Of a stretch of 64,000 nucleotides of DNA, positions 19,147-27,991 are shown one piece after another. A program made the position numbers and the translations under genes. This DNA is from an uncultured Erysipelotrichaceae bacterium. GTDB lineage: Bacteria; Bacillota_I; Bacilli_A; RFN20; CAG-826. Numbering within the stretch: the first letter of the stretch is position 1; the number at the start of each line of letters is the position of its first letter. The stretch spans positions 14,681-78,680 of the forward strand of contig OMVV01000002.1 of NCBI GenBank assembly GCA_900314585.1, read 5' to 3'. The notes beneath the pieces were generated by a model, which was not told the DNA's origin, did no database searches, and saw nothing but the letters and a program-made list of their open reading frames with translations.

Positions 19147-19762
19147 TATGAATAAAGAAATATTCTTAAGTTTAGCAAAACTATTCAACGATCATGGTTA
19201 TCGTCTTTTTATGATTGGCGGGACAACCAGAGATTATTTACTTAATAAAGAAGTACTTGATTACGACTTCGTTAGTGATGCTACGCCTGAGGATATGAAA
19301 TCTTTCTTGAAAGACGCAAATTACCATTTTGAAAAATTTGGAACAGTTAGAGTCAAAGTTGATGGAGTGCACGTTGATATCACCACCTTAAGAAAAGAAG
19401 GTGAATATATTGACTACCGTCATCCAAGTAAAGTTACTTATGTAAAAGATATTGAAGAAGACTATGTTCGTAGAGACTTCACAATCAACGCAATATACAT
19501 GGACGAAAACTTTAATGTCATCGATCCAAGTGGACTTGGTTTAAAAGATCTTAAAGATAAGCTAATCCGTTTCATTGGTGACCCAGAAAAACGAATTAAA
19601 GAAGACCCACTTCGCATCTTACGTGCGGAAAGATTTGAAACAAATTTAGGATTTAAGATTGAGGATAACACCTATCTTGCAATCAAAAAGAATCGACATT
19701 TACTGGATAAAATTAATCCAGATAAAATTAAAGAAGAATATCGCAAAATGAATAAAAAATAA
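19133..19762 (+). CDS. Minimal class-II nucleotidyltransferase (CCA-adding / poly(A) polymerase head + neck only, ~205-209 aa)
   Basis: GGTTRDYLL...DYD (the two-Asp catalytic motif), RRDFTINA and DPLRILRAERF neck motifs are present. No body or tail domain follows: a stop is followed 44 nt later by the dnaD-like start. The alternative start is ATG 19148. Confidence 0.6.
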   Translation: MTLFIMNKEIFLSLAKLFNDHGYRLFMIGGTTRDYLLNKEVLDYDFVSDATPEDMKSFLKDANYHFEKFGTVRVKVDGVHVDITTLRKEGEYIDYRHPSKVTYVKDIEEDYVRRDFTINAIYMDENFNVIDPSGLGLKDLKDKLIRFIGDPEKRIKEDPLRILRAERFETNLGFKIEDNTYLAIKKNRHLLDKINPDKIKEEYRKMNKK

Positions 19763-19806
19763 TCCTCTTTAAATTTATTTAAAAATCTCCTAAAATAATA
19801 AGCACC

Positions 19807-20454
19807 ATGTCAGTGACACAAATGGAAGCGCTAGACTTCCGATATCTCCTTTTAGAATATTACCGTAAGCTCAAACTTAATGAGAATGAACTTGCTGTTG
19901 TTTTAATGATTGATCATTTATTAGGCCAAAAGAATACCTTTATTACTCCTGACCTTCTTTCATTAAAGATGTCTTTATCATCTAAAGAACTCGATAAGAT
20001 TTTCGTTTCTTTAATTGAAAGAGATTATTTAGTGTTCGATACTGGCAAAAACATCAAAGTTTCCCTTAAACCATTAAAGAAGAAACTATATGAAGTCTTC
20101 GAAGAATCAATGGCGAAAGAACACGAAACAAAGATCAGTGAAGAAAAATCAAAAGTTTTACAAAACATTTATCAAGTCTTTGAAAAAGAATTATCTCGTC
20201 CACTTTCACCTCTTGAATTCTCATTAATTGGTGAATGGGTTGATCATGGTTATTCTGATGAAAGAATTATTGAAGCATTAAGAACCTCACTTGGCAAAGG
20301 AAGAAAATCTCTTAAATCAGTCGATAAGATTCTTCTTCAATGGCAAGCGCGTGATGATATTGAAAAAAGCGGCAACACCGCAATTAAAGATGACTGGGAT
20401 AAAGACATCGAAAAAACGATGGAAATTATCAAAACCAAGTGGCTCGATGACTAA
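19807..20454 (+). CDS. dnaD: DnaD-domain replication initiation / membrane attachment protein
   Basis: Helical protein with a C-terminal DDBH2-like motif (ILLQWQA...EKTMEIIKTKW). Sits immediately upstream of, and overlapping, nth, as dnaD-nth does in B. subtilis. Confidence 0.55.
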   Translation: MSVTQMEALDFRYLLLEYYRKLKLNENELAVVLMIDHLLGQKNTFITPDLLSLKMSLSSKELDKIFVSLIERDYLVFDTGKNIKVSLKPLKKKLYEVFEESMAKEHETKISEEKSKVLQNIYQVFEKELSRPLSPLEFSLIGEWVDHGYSDERIIEALRTSLGKGRKSLKSVDKILLQWQARDDIEKSGNTAIKDDWDKDIEKTMEIIKTKWLDD

Positions 20455-21064
20455 TAAACAAAACGCAATATTTTCATATTTGGATGAATTATATCCAGAC
20501 GCTCATTGTGAATTAAATTATTCAAAAGATTACGAATTATTAATCGCGGTGATGTTATCAGCTCAAACTACAGACAAAGCGGTTAATAAAGTGACCGCTA
20601 TTTTATTTGATAAATATAAAAGTGTTGAAGAACTTAGCAACGCTAAGTTGTCAGATATTGAAAGCATCATTTCGACAATTGGTATGTATAAAGTGAAAGC
20701 TAAGAACGTGATTGGAATCGCTCAAGGTTTAGTTGAAAAACATAATGGCAAAGTTCCTCACGATAAAGAAAAACTCACAGCACTTCCAGGTGTTGGAAAT
20801 AAAACTGCAAATTGTGTATTAGCAGAACTATTCAACGAACCTTATTTAGCGTTAGACACCCATATGCAAAGATTTGCTAAAAGAATGGGTATCGCTAAAG
20901 AAAAAGATTCCCTCGAAAAGATGGAGAAAAACTATCTAAAATTTATTCCTGAGAATAGATTAATAAAAACAAACCATCAAATTATCTGGTTTGGTCGATA
21001 TAAATGTAAGGCAATTTCTCCAAACTGCGAAGATTGCAAATTAAAGGAGTTTTGCAAGAAATAA
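20447..21064 (+). CDS. nth: Endonuclease III (DNA glycosylase/AP lyase), 4Fe-4S
   Basis: HhH-GPD motif LTALPGVGNKTANCVL and C-terminal Cys cluster CKAISPNCEDCKLKEFC. Start at ATG 20447, overlapping the dnaD stop. Confidence 0.9.
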   Translation: MTNKQNAIFSYLDELYPDAHCELNYSKDYELLIAVMLSAQTTDKAVNKVTAILFDKYKSVEELSNAKLSDIESIISTIGMYKVKAKNVIGIAQGLVEKHNGKVPHDKEKLTALPGVGNKTANCVLAELFNEPYLALDTHMQRFAKRMGIAKEKDSLEKMEKNYLKFIPENRLIKTNHQIIWFGRYKCKAISPNCEDCKLKEFCKK

Positions 21065-21670
21065 TCAGTTTTTGCCGTAGATTTCTTCAATGACAGGTAG
21101 ATAATCAAGGCGTGGCGCATAGCCGCGTTTTATTTTGTGTCCAACTTCGACAAATTTTTCGTATGGAATTGATTTACGATCTCCATTTTCATAGCAATCA
21201 ATAACGTATTTTGCGTCTAATAAATAAACTTCATCTCGAAGGACAAATTCAATGATAAAGAAGGCAATTCCGCCTTGTTTTAGAACTTTTTTAAGATGCT
21301 CGATTTGATGTTTAGAGATATTTGCTAATGGAAAAGATGTTTTGGATTTTGTTTGTTTTGCTTCGAAATCGATATAGCGACCTTTGTAGACTCCGTTATA
21401 GTCAGTGGTTGATTGTTTTTCAAAATAAGCATTGGTGATAATTGCACCTTTTGAATAATCAACTTTAACGATATTAATTGGAGTGGGTCTTTTAGTGATC
21501 AAACATAAATCACGTTCGCGGTAATATTCATTAGAAGCGTTGATATCTTCTTCAAGATCCATACCTCGATTTGCACTAGAAAGATGACGTTTCAAAGAAA
21601 CTGTCTTTTTATCTTCAGTTTTCTTAATTTGTTTTGGCGAATAGCTTTTGCCGTTTGAATATTTGATCAT
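21065..21670 (-). CDS. recU: Holliday junction resolvase RecU
   Basis: 201 aa. RecU core YKGRYIDFEAKQT ... AFFIIEF ... YLLDAKYV. Convergent with nth. Confidence 0.85.
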   Translation of the reverse strand: MIKYSNGKSYSPKQIKKTEDKKTVSLKRHLSSANRGMDLEEDINASNEYYRERDLCLITKRPTPINIVKVDYSKGAIITNAYFEKQSTTDYNGVYKGRYIDFEAKQTKSKTSFPLANISKHQIEHLKKVLKQGGIAFFIIEFVLRDEVYLLDAKYVIDCYENGDRKSIPYEKFVEVGHKIKRGYAPRLDYLPVIEEIYGKN

Positions 21671-22392
21671 TCTAGTGATTTTTTAACGTATTCTTCAAAC
21701 ATTGCCTTATCGACAGTTTTACCTTCGAGTAAATCTTGAAGTACGTTATGAACAGGTTCTGGGAGATGTCTCATCTTCGATAAGACTTTCATATATTCTT
21801 CTTGGAGAATGTCTTTTCTTTTATTTAAAGCATCGTAAAGATAAACAAGATTTAATGCGTCTGATAATGCGTTATGTTGTTTACCTTTGAAGTTAAGTTC
21901 AAACACTTTAAGGAAGTTCGCTAACGAGTAGGTGTTGTTGTTTTCATCTTTAACATAGCATGATGCAAACTCTGATAAATCAAAGTGATGCTTGATGATA
22001 ACTTGAACATCTTCTTTTTTAACATCTAAGTTATATGCAAGTGATTGAGCGATAATTCTTAAGTCATGATTACCGAAGGTAACATATTTACATTTAGTGA
22101 AATCTCGACCCATATATTTCTTTAAATTTGCTAACGCTACACGGAATGGAACACCATCATTTTTAAGATCGTTATCAGTGATGCCAGTTAAGTCTGTAAC
22201 AACTTTGCCAACTCTATTTTTTGATTTAACAAGAGTGTATATTCCGCGATGAATCTTTCTAATTGAACCATCTTTACGGATACTGACTTTAATCGCACCA
22301 ATTGCAATCATTTCATGAGAAAACTGAGTGCCTTCTAAATCTAGAAAACATAATGTTTTAACGTTGTTTAATTGTTTTAATAAGGCTTTCAT
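21667..22392 (-). CDS. DEDDh-family 3'-5' exonuclease (DnaQ/KapD-like)
   Basis: Exo I motif FLDLEGT, Exo III HNALSDA. Overlaps the recU start (ATGA), so the two are cotranscribed. Confidence 0.65.
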   Translation of the reverse strand: MKALLKQLNNVKTLCFLDLEGTQFSHEMIAIGAIKVSIRKDGSIRKIHRGIYTLVKSKNRVGKVVTDLTGITDNDLKNDGVPFRVALANLKKYMGRDFTKCKYVTFGNHDLRIIAQSLAYNLDVKKEDVQVIIKHHFDLSEFASCYVKDENNNTYSLANFLKVFELNFKGKQHNALSDALNLVYLYDALNKRKDILQEEYMKVLSKMRHLPEPVHNVLQDLLEGKTVDKAMFEEYVKKSLE

Positions 22393-22485
22393 TGCGTTGT
22401 TATTATATCACAACAAATAATTCATAAATGAATTGTTTTTATAATTCGATTCTAATATAATTTACTTTATAGCGGAATAATAACG

Positions 22486-22833
22486 ATGAATTATAATTCA
22501 AAATCATTATTGGATGTTAAATTCTCAAAAAATGTCAAAGGTTATGATGCCTATGAAGTTGATGTGACCTTAGACAAGGTTATTGAGGATTATGTTCAAT
22601 ATGAAAAGCAACAAGTAAAAGATCGTGAAACTATATCCGCTTTGGTTAAAGAGAATTCTAAGTTAAAAGAAGACGCTAGAAAGAGCGAAGTTGAGATTAG
22701 AAAGCTTCAAAACGAAGTCGATTCTATTCCCGATTCACCTGATGTAAATCGTCAGAATATCGCCTATCTAAAAAGAATCGCAACCTTAGAAAAAGCTCTC
22801 TATAAAAAAGGAGTAGATCCTAAAAAAATATAA
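22486..22833 (+). CDS. gpsB: DivIVA-domain protein (GpsB-like)
   Basis: N-terminal DivIVA signature FSKNVKGYDAYEVDVTLDKVIEDY plus a coiled coil. 115 aa. Lies upstream of rnpB and divergent from recU, as in Bacillus. Confidence 0.6.
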   Translation: MNYNSKSLLDVKFSKNVKGYDAYEVDVTLDKVIEDYVQYEKQQVKDRETISALVKENSKLKEDARKSEVEIRKLQNEVDSIPDSPDVNRQNIAYLKRIATLEKALYKKGVDPKKI

Positions 22834-23170
22834 TCCGACCTGGATAATTGCTGGCATTAGCTAGAGGAAAGTCCATGCTCGCACCATCTGTGATGATGGT
22901 AGTGATTGCGCTAGCGGAAAAAATAACGCTAGGTATGCAGGAGTGCATAACGGCGGAACTATTCTAAAACTTCGGTCATGAAAATGTTCCTTAAGGTGCC
23001 ACAGAGACGAGTTCAGTAGAAATATTGAAGTGAAACGTTGGTAAACCCCGCAAGCGAGAAACCCAAATTATGGTAGGGGAGGTTGTAGCGGCGAATCGAA
23101 GCCAGCTATAGCACGCATTGCGTAGATAAATTATTATCCTAGACAAAACATGGCTTATAGGGTCGGATAC
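22834..23170 (+). ncRNA. rnpB: RNase P RNA, type B (Bacillus-type)
   Basis: GAGGAAAGTCCATGCTCGCAC universal core. P1 pairing TCCGACC (22834-22840) with GGTCGGA (23161-23167). The 3' ACAAAACATGGCTTATAG resembles the B. subtilis ACAGAACCCGGCTTA. About 337 nt and no ORF. Ends are +/- 10 nt. Confidence 0.85.
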
Positions 23171-23190
23171 TCACTAAAAGGAGAAAGACA

Positions 23191-23853
23191 ATGAATCTTC
23201 CAAACAAAATTACACTATCGAGAATTATTCTCATCCTCGCGATGATTATTTCCTTTTTTGTTCTTGCGATTATTGAAGCAATTCCAGAAGCGAGCTTTAT
23301 TGCGCCAAATTTAGGGAATTCACCGATAAATCTCGTTTATTTTATCTTTGCAATCGTCTTTATTGTTGCGGCCGCAACTGATTATTTAGATGGTCATTTA
23401 GCCCGTAAACTTAATCTCGTAACTGACTTTGGAAAATTCCTTGATCCAATCGCTGACAAACTCTTAAATGACGCGGTGATGATTTTCCTTTTGGTTCCAC
23501 AATTATCTTATGCCCCACTTCAAAGACATGACCCAATTGCACTTTCTATCTTAATGGTTTGTGTCATCGTTATGATTGGTCGTGACTTAGTTGTGGATGC
23601 TTTAAGAATGATTGCAGTGAAAAACAATGTTGTTATCGCTGCCAACAAATTTGGTAAAGCTAAAACCGTCTTACAAATGATTGCTATTCCGATGCTTCTA
23701 CTTAACGATTGGCCGTTCTCTTACTTTGATGGTTCTTGGCCAGAAGCATTACAGGTTTCCAACTTATTCTTCTATGCTGCGACAGCAATGTCACTTATTA
23801 GCGGAATCATCTACGTTATTCAAAACAAACAAGTTTTCAAAGGTGACAAGTAA
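23191..23853 (+). CDS. pgsA: CDP-diacylglycerol--glycerol-3-phosphate 3-phosphatidyltransferase
   Basis: CDP-alcohol phosphatidyltransferase motif DYLDGHLAR...GKFLDPIADK. AAAGGAG lies 7 nt upstream. Confidence 0.85.
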   Translation: MNLPNKITLSRIILILAMIISFFVLAIIEAIPEASFIAPNLGNSPINLVYFIFAIVFIVAAATDYLDGHLARKLNLVTDFGKFLDPIADKLLNDAVMIFLLVPQLSYAPLQRHDPIALSILMVCVIVMIGRDLVVDALRMIAVKNNVVIAANKFGKAKTVLQMIAIPMLLLNDWPFSYFDGSWPEALQVSNLFFYAATAMSLISGIIYVIQNKQVFKGDK

Positions 23854-24314
23854 TGGTCGAACTTGTTGAATCACTTAAAGCAAAACATCTTACCATCGGT
23901 TCAATCGAATCTATGACCGGTGGTCTTTTTGCTTCCTCAATTACTTCTGTTCCTGGCGCTAGTAAAGTCTTCAAAGGAAGCGTTGTTTCTTACTCTCCAT
24001 TAATTAAAGAAAATGTCGTTGGAGTTAAAAAAGAAACAATTGATACCTTTGGAGTAGTTTCCAAAGAAGTTGCTTATGAAATGGCGAGCAAAGGAAAGAA
24101 GCTTCTCGATGTCGATATTTGTGTCTCTGTAACTGGTAACGCTGGGCCGACTGCTGAACCAGGTGAAGCAGGGGTTGGAGAGGTCTATATTGGACTTGCT
24201 TACAAAGATCAAACCATCGTTGTTCACAAATGTTTTGATGGAAATAGAGAAAAAATTCGTGAAAAAACTCTTCTTGCTATGCAAGAAGAAGTGTTACAAT
24301 TAATACGAAAGTAA
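23853..24314 (+). CDS. cinA: CinA C-terminal domain protein (NMN amidohydrolase PncC-like)
   Basis: LTIGSIESMTGGLFAS...GSVVSYS motif. pgsA-cinA-recA synteny. Confidence 0.8.
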   Translation: MVELVESLKAKHLTIGSIESMTGGLFASSITSVPGASKVFKGSVVSYSPLIKENVVGVKKETIDTFGVVSKEVAYEMASKGKKLLDVDICVSVTGNAGPTAEPGEAGVGEVYIGLAYKDQTIVVHKCFDGNREKIREKTLLAMQEEVLQLIRK

Positions 24315-24375
24315 AAGTTTTTCGAACGAAATTGAGAATAAACACAGTATATATTGGTGAAAGGAACAATACATC

Positions 24376-25371
24376 ATGGCAAAAGATTCTAAAAAAGAAA
24401 TGAGCCTTAACGAAGCCCTCAAAGAAATTGAAAGAAGCTTCGGAAAAGGTTCGATTATGAAACTCGGCGATCGTCCACATGTCGACGTCGATGTTATTCC
24501 ATCTGGTTCTTTAATGATTGATAATGCGTTAGGCGTTGGCGGATACCCAAAAGGCCGTATCATTGAAATCTTCGGACCAGAAAGTAGTGGTAAAACCACT
24601 TTAGCGTTACACGCGATTGCAGAATGTCAAAAGAAAGGTGGCACCGCTGCCTTTGTTGACGCGGAACATTCTATTGATCCGTTATACGCACGAAACTTAG
24701 GCGTCAATATTGACGAACTTATCCTCTCCCAACCAGATAGTGGCGAACAAGCTCTCGAAATCGTTGAATTGCTCGCTAATAGTGGTGGAGTCGATATTAT
24801 CGTTGTTGACTCAGTTGCGGCACTTGTCCCACAAGCAGAGCTTGATGGAGCAATGTCCGATAACTCGGTTGGTTTACAAGCTCGTTTGCTTTCAAAAGCA
24901 ATGCGTAAACTCGCTGGCATCCTTAACCTTAAAGGTTGTACAGTTATCTTCTTAAATCAACTTCGTGAAAAAGTTGGTGTTATCTATGGTAACCCAGAAA
25001 CTACAACCGGTGGACGCGCTCTTAAATTCTACGCGAGTGTGAGAATTGATATTCGTCGCGCTGAAGCAATCAAAGATGGTTCAACTATTGTTGGTAACAC
25101 CGTTAACGTTAAGATTGTTAAAAACAAAGTTGCGCCACCATTTAGAAATACTCAAGTTGATATCATCTATGGAAAAGGCATCGATAAGAATTCCGAAATC
25201 CTTGAGATGGGTGTGCAACTCGGTATCTTAAAAAGAGCCGGCGCGTGGTATGAATACGAAGGTAATCGATTCGCTAATGGTAAGGATGCGGCAAGAGGAT
25301 ATCTTGAATCTCATCCAGAACTAGCGAGCGAACTCATTAGCAAAATCCAAACTGGCGAAGTTAGCAAATAA
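24376..25371 (+). CDS. recA: Recombinase RecA
   Basis: Walker [11 protein letters not shown]1/L2 loops, 331 aa. No Cheo/LexA box upstream. Confidence 0.95.
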   Translation: MAKDSKKEMSLNEALKEIERSFGKGSIMKLGDRPHVDVDVIPSGSLMIDNALGVGGYPKGRIIEIFGPESSGKTTLALHAIAECQKKGGTAAFVDAEHSIDPLYARNLGVNIDELILSQPDSGEQALEIVELLANSGGVDIIVVDSVAALVPQAELDGAMSDNSVGLQARLLSKAMRKLAGILNLKGCTVIFLNQLREKVGVIYGNPETTTGGRALKFYASVRIDIRRAEAIKDGSTIVGNTVNVKIVKNKVAPPFRNTQVDIIYGKGIDKNSEILEMGVQLGILKRAGAWYEYEGNRFANGKDAARGYLESHPELASELISKIQTGEVSK

Positions 25372-25377
25372 GTTAAG

Positions 25378-25405
25378 AAGGGACACATAAGGTGTTCCTT
25401 TTTTA
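25378..25405 (+). terminator. Rho-independent terminator after recA
   Basis: GGGACACataaGGTGTTCC (one G-U pair) followed by TTTTTT. Confidence 0.55.
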
Positions 25406-25625
25406 TAAACAAATATCTATCTATTTAAAATAAGTTATTTTATAATAGTGACGTATCTTCGGATACTTATTACCATATATCGTAACTATTCGGGCTGTCC
25501 CGTCTAAATACATAATCAAGTCATTCCCTAGGATGATTTTAGGTAATAATCTCGATTATAGATTGGACTTTTATTTCCATTGGAAATAGACCACCAATCA
25601 TTTACATATTTATAGGAGGCACATT

Positions 25626-27200
25626 ATGGAAGATAATATGCGAATATTGTTTGGTGTTTTAGCTATTGTTTTCGCTTTAGCCGCTGGTGTTGGTATTGGA
25701 TATTTCTTACTTAGACTTATCCCATCTATGAAAGCCAAAAACGCGGAGAAAAAGGCTGAGAAAATTATTCGTGATGCCGAAATTAGAGGCGAACAAATTC
25801 GTAAAAACGCTCAACTTGATGGTAAACAAACCATCGCTGAAATGAAGCAAGAAGCGGAGAAAGATATCCGTGAACGTAAACAAGAATATGCTCAGCTTGA
25901 GAATAAACTTAATCAACGTGAACAAAATATCGATCGTCGTGACGCAAACTTGCTCAACAAAGAAAATGCTATCGAAGAGAAAAATGAGTTATTAAATCGT
26001 CGTCTTAAAGAATGCGACCGCAAGGAAGCTCAACTTCAAGAAAAGATCGATTCAATTATTGAAGAACTTGAAAAAGTTGGTCAATTATCTGTTCAAGAAG
26101 CTCGTGATGAAATCTTCGCACGCGTTGAATCAAAGATGACTCGTGAAATCGCTTCATATATGAAGTCAAAAGAAGAAGAAGCGAAAGTCACTGCTGAAGA
26201 AAAGGCCAAAGAATTACTTGGTCTTGCTATTAGCAAATATTCACAAGAAGAAGTTCAAGAAAGAACTGTTTCAACCATTCCACTACCAAGCGACGAAATG
26301 AAAGGTCGTATTATTGGTCGTGAAGGTCGTAACATTCGCACCCTTGAACAATTACTCGGTGTCGATTTAATTATCGATGACACTCCAGAAGTTATTACAG
26401 TTAGCTGTTTTAACCCAATCAGACGTCACATCGCTGCCAAAGCTCTCGATTTATTAATTCGTGATGGTCGTATTCAACCAGGTCGAATTGAAGAAATCGT
26501 CGCTAAGGTTCAAGAAGAAGTTGACGCCGATATCCAAAAAGCTGGTGAAGAAGCTGCATTTAAGCTTGGTTTACCAAAACTTAATCGCGAACTTTTAACC
26601 TATGTTGGAAGACTTAAATATCGTACTTCGTACGGTCAAAACGCTTATGACCATTCTATGGAGACTGCTTATTTAGCAGGACTTATGGCCGCTGAACTTG
26701 GTTTAGATCAAAACTTAGCTAAACGTGCTGGTTTACTCCACGATATTGGTAAAGCCGTTGACTTCGAACAAGAAGGTAGCCACGTTGAACTCGGCGCTCG
26801 CTTAGCGAAAAAGTATGGCGAACCAGCCGTTGTTATCAATGCAATCGAATCTCACCATGGTGATGTTCCAGCTAACTGTGTTATTTCTAACTTAGTGCAA
26901 GCCGCTGATACATTGTCCGCTGCTCGTCCAGGTGCACGTAGTGAAACCCTTGAAAGCTATATCAAACGTATCGAACAACTCGAAAGCATTTGTAAAGGCT
27001 TCGAAGGTGTCTATCAATGCTACGCAATGCAATCTGGTCGTGAAGTTCGTGTCATGGTTATTCCAGATAAAGTTGATGATCTCGCCGCATTTAAGATGGC
27101 GAGAGACATCCGTGAAAAGATTGAGACCGAGATGACCTATCCAGGTCAAATCAAAGTTTCAGTTATCCGCGAATATCGCGCTATTGAAACTGCAAAATAA
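25626..27200 (+). CDS. rny: Ribonuclease Y
   Basis: N-terminal TM helix, coiled coil, KH domain (GRIIGREGRNIR) and HD domain (LLHDIGK). AGGAGG lies 8 nt upstream. Preceded by a ~170-nt structured leader. Confidence 0.9.
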   Translation: MEDNMRILFGVLAIVFALAAGVGIGYFLLRLIPSMKAKNAEKKAEKIIRDAEIRGEQIRKNAQLDGKQTIAEMKQEAEKDIRERKQEYAQLENKLNQREQNIDRRDANLLNKENAIEEKNELLNRRLKECDRKEAQLQEKIDSIIEELEKVGQLSVQEARDEIFARVESKMTREIASYMKSKEEEAKVTAEEKAKELLGLAISKYSQEEVQERTVSTIPLPSDEMKGRIIGREGRNIRTLEQLLGVDLIIDDTPEVITVSCFNPIRRHIAAKALDLLIRDGRIQPGRIEEIVAKVQEEVDADIQKAGEEAAFKLGLPKLNRELLTYVGRLKYRTSYGQNAYDHSMETAYLAGLMAAELGLDQNLAKRAGLLHDIGKAVDFEQEGSHVELGARLAKKYGEPAVVINAIESHHGDVPANCVISNLVQAADTLSAARPGARSETLESYIKRIEQLESICKGFEGVYQCYAMQSGREVRVMVIPDKVDDLAAFKMARDIREKIETEMTYPGQIKVSVIREYRAIETAK

Positions 27201-27202
27201 TT

Positions 27203-27991
27203 ATGAAGATTCTTTTCTTAGGGGATATTGTCGGCCAAAACGGTCGTAATGCTATTAAGCATAACGTTGAAAAACTTGTTAATAAGTATCAAGTTGATTT
27301 TGTTATCGCTAATGGAGAAAATACGACCCATGGCAAAGGACTTATCGAAAGACATTACAACGAATTAATTGATTCGGGTATCGACTGTATTACTTTAGGC
27401 AATCACTATTTCTCAAAGAACTATATTGCTAATTACATCGATCAAGCCGAATGCTTAGTTCGTCCACTTAATTTATTAAATAATTTTGGTGGAGTTGGTT
27501 CACGTCTATTCGATGTTGGTGGCACAAAAATTAGAGTCACCAATATTTTAGGAACGGCTTTTATGAAAGAAGAAGTCGCTTCTCCTTATAATTCTTTAAA
27601 AGAATTACTCGATTCTATCCCCGAGGAAGATTCAATTCACATTGTTGATTTCCATGCGGAAGCAACGGGTGAAAAGATGTGCTTTGGTTATGCCTTTGAC
27701 GGCCTTGTAAGCGCAGTCTTAGGCACCCATACACATGTTCAGACTAATGACGCTCGCATTTTGCCTAATGGTACAGGCTTTATGTCTGATGTAGGTATGT
27801 GTGGCGCGGCCAATGGTGTTCTTGGCTTTGATAAACATTCAGTTATTAACAAGACACTATTTGGTTCAGATGAACGTTTTACCATCGATGTAGATGATAC
27901 TGAGATGATTAATGGTGTAATCCTTGAAATTGATGAGATATCCAAGAAATGCGTGGAAATCTTCCCAATTAGAGTGATTGGAGATAAATAA
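27203..27991 (+). CDS. ymdB: 2',3'-cyclic-nucleotide 2'-phosphodiesterase YmdB (metallophosphoesterase)
   Basis: MKILFLGDIVG...GNHY metallophosphoesterase motifs. Immediately after rny, as in Bacillus. Confidence 0.85.
   Translation: MKILFLGDIVGQNGRNAIKHNVEKLVNKYQVDFVIANGENTTHGKGLIERHYNELIDSGIDCITLGNHYFSKNYIANYIDQAECLVRPLNLLNNFGGVGSRLFDVGGTKIRVTNILGTAFMKEEVASPYNSLKELLDSIPEEDSIHIVDFHAEATGEKMCFGYAFDGLVSAVLGTHTHVQTNDARILPNGTGFMSDVGMCGAANGVLGFDKHSVINKTLFGSDERFTIDVDDTEMINGVILEIDEISKKCVEIFPIRVIGDK

Noticed and set aside
24315-24375. Looked for a LexA/Cheo box upstream of recA, and SOS boxes elsewhere.
   Set aside because: Only CGAACGAAATTGAG is present, which does not fit the CGAAC-N4-GTTCG consensus. 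This is consistent with Mollicute-like loss of LexA.
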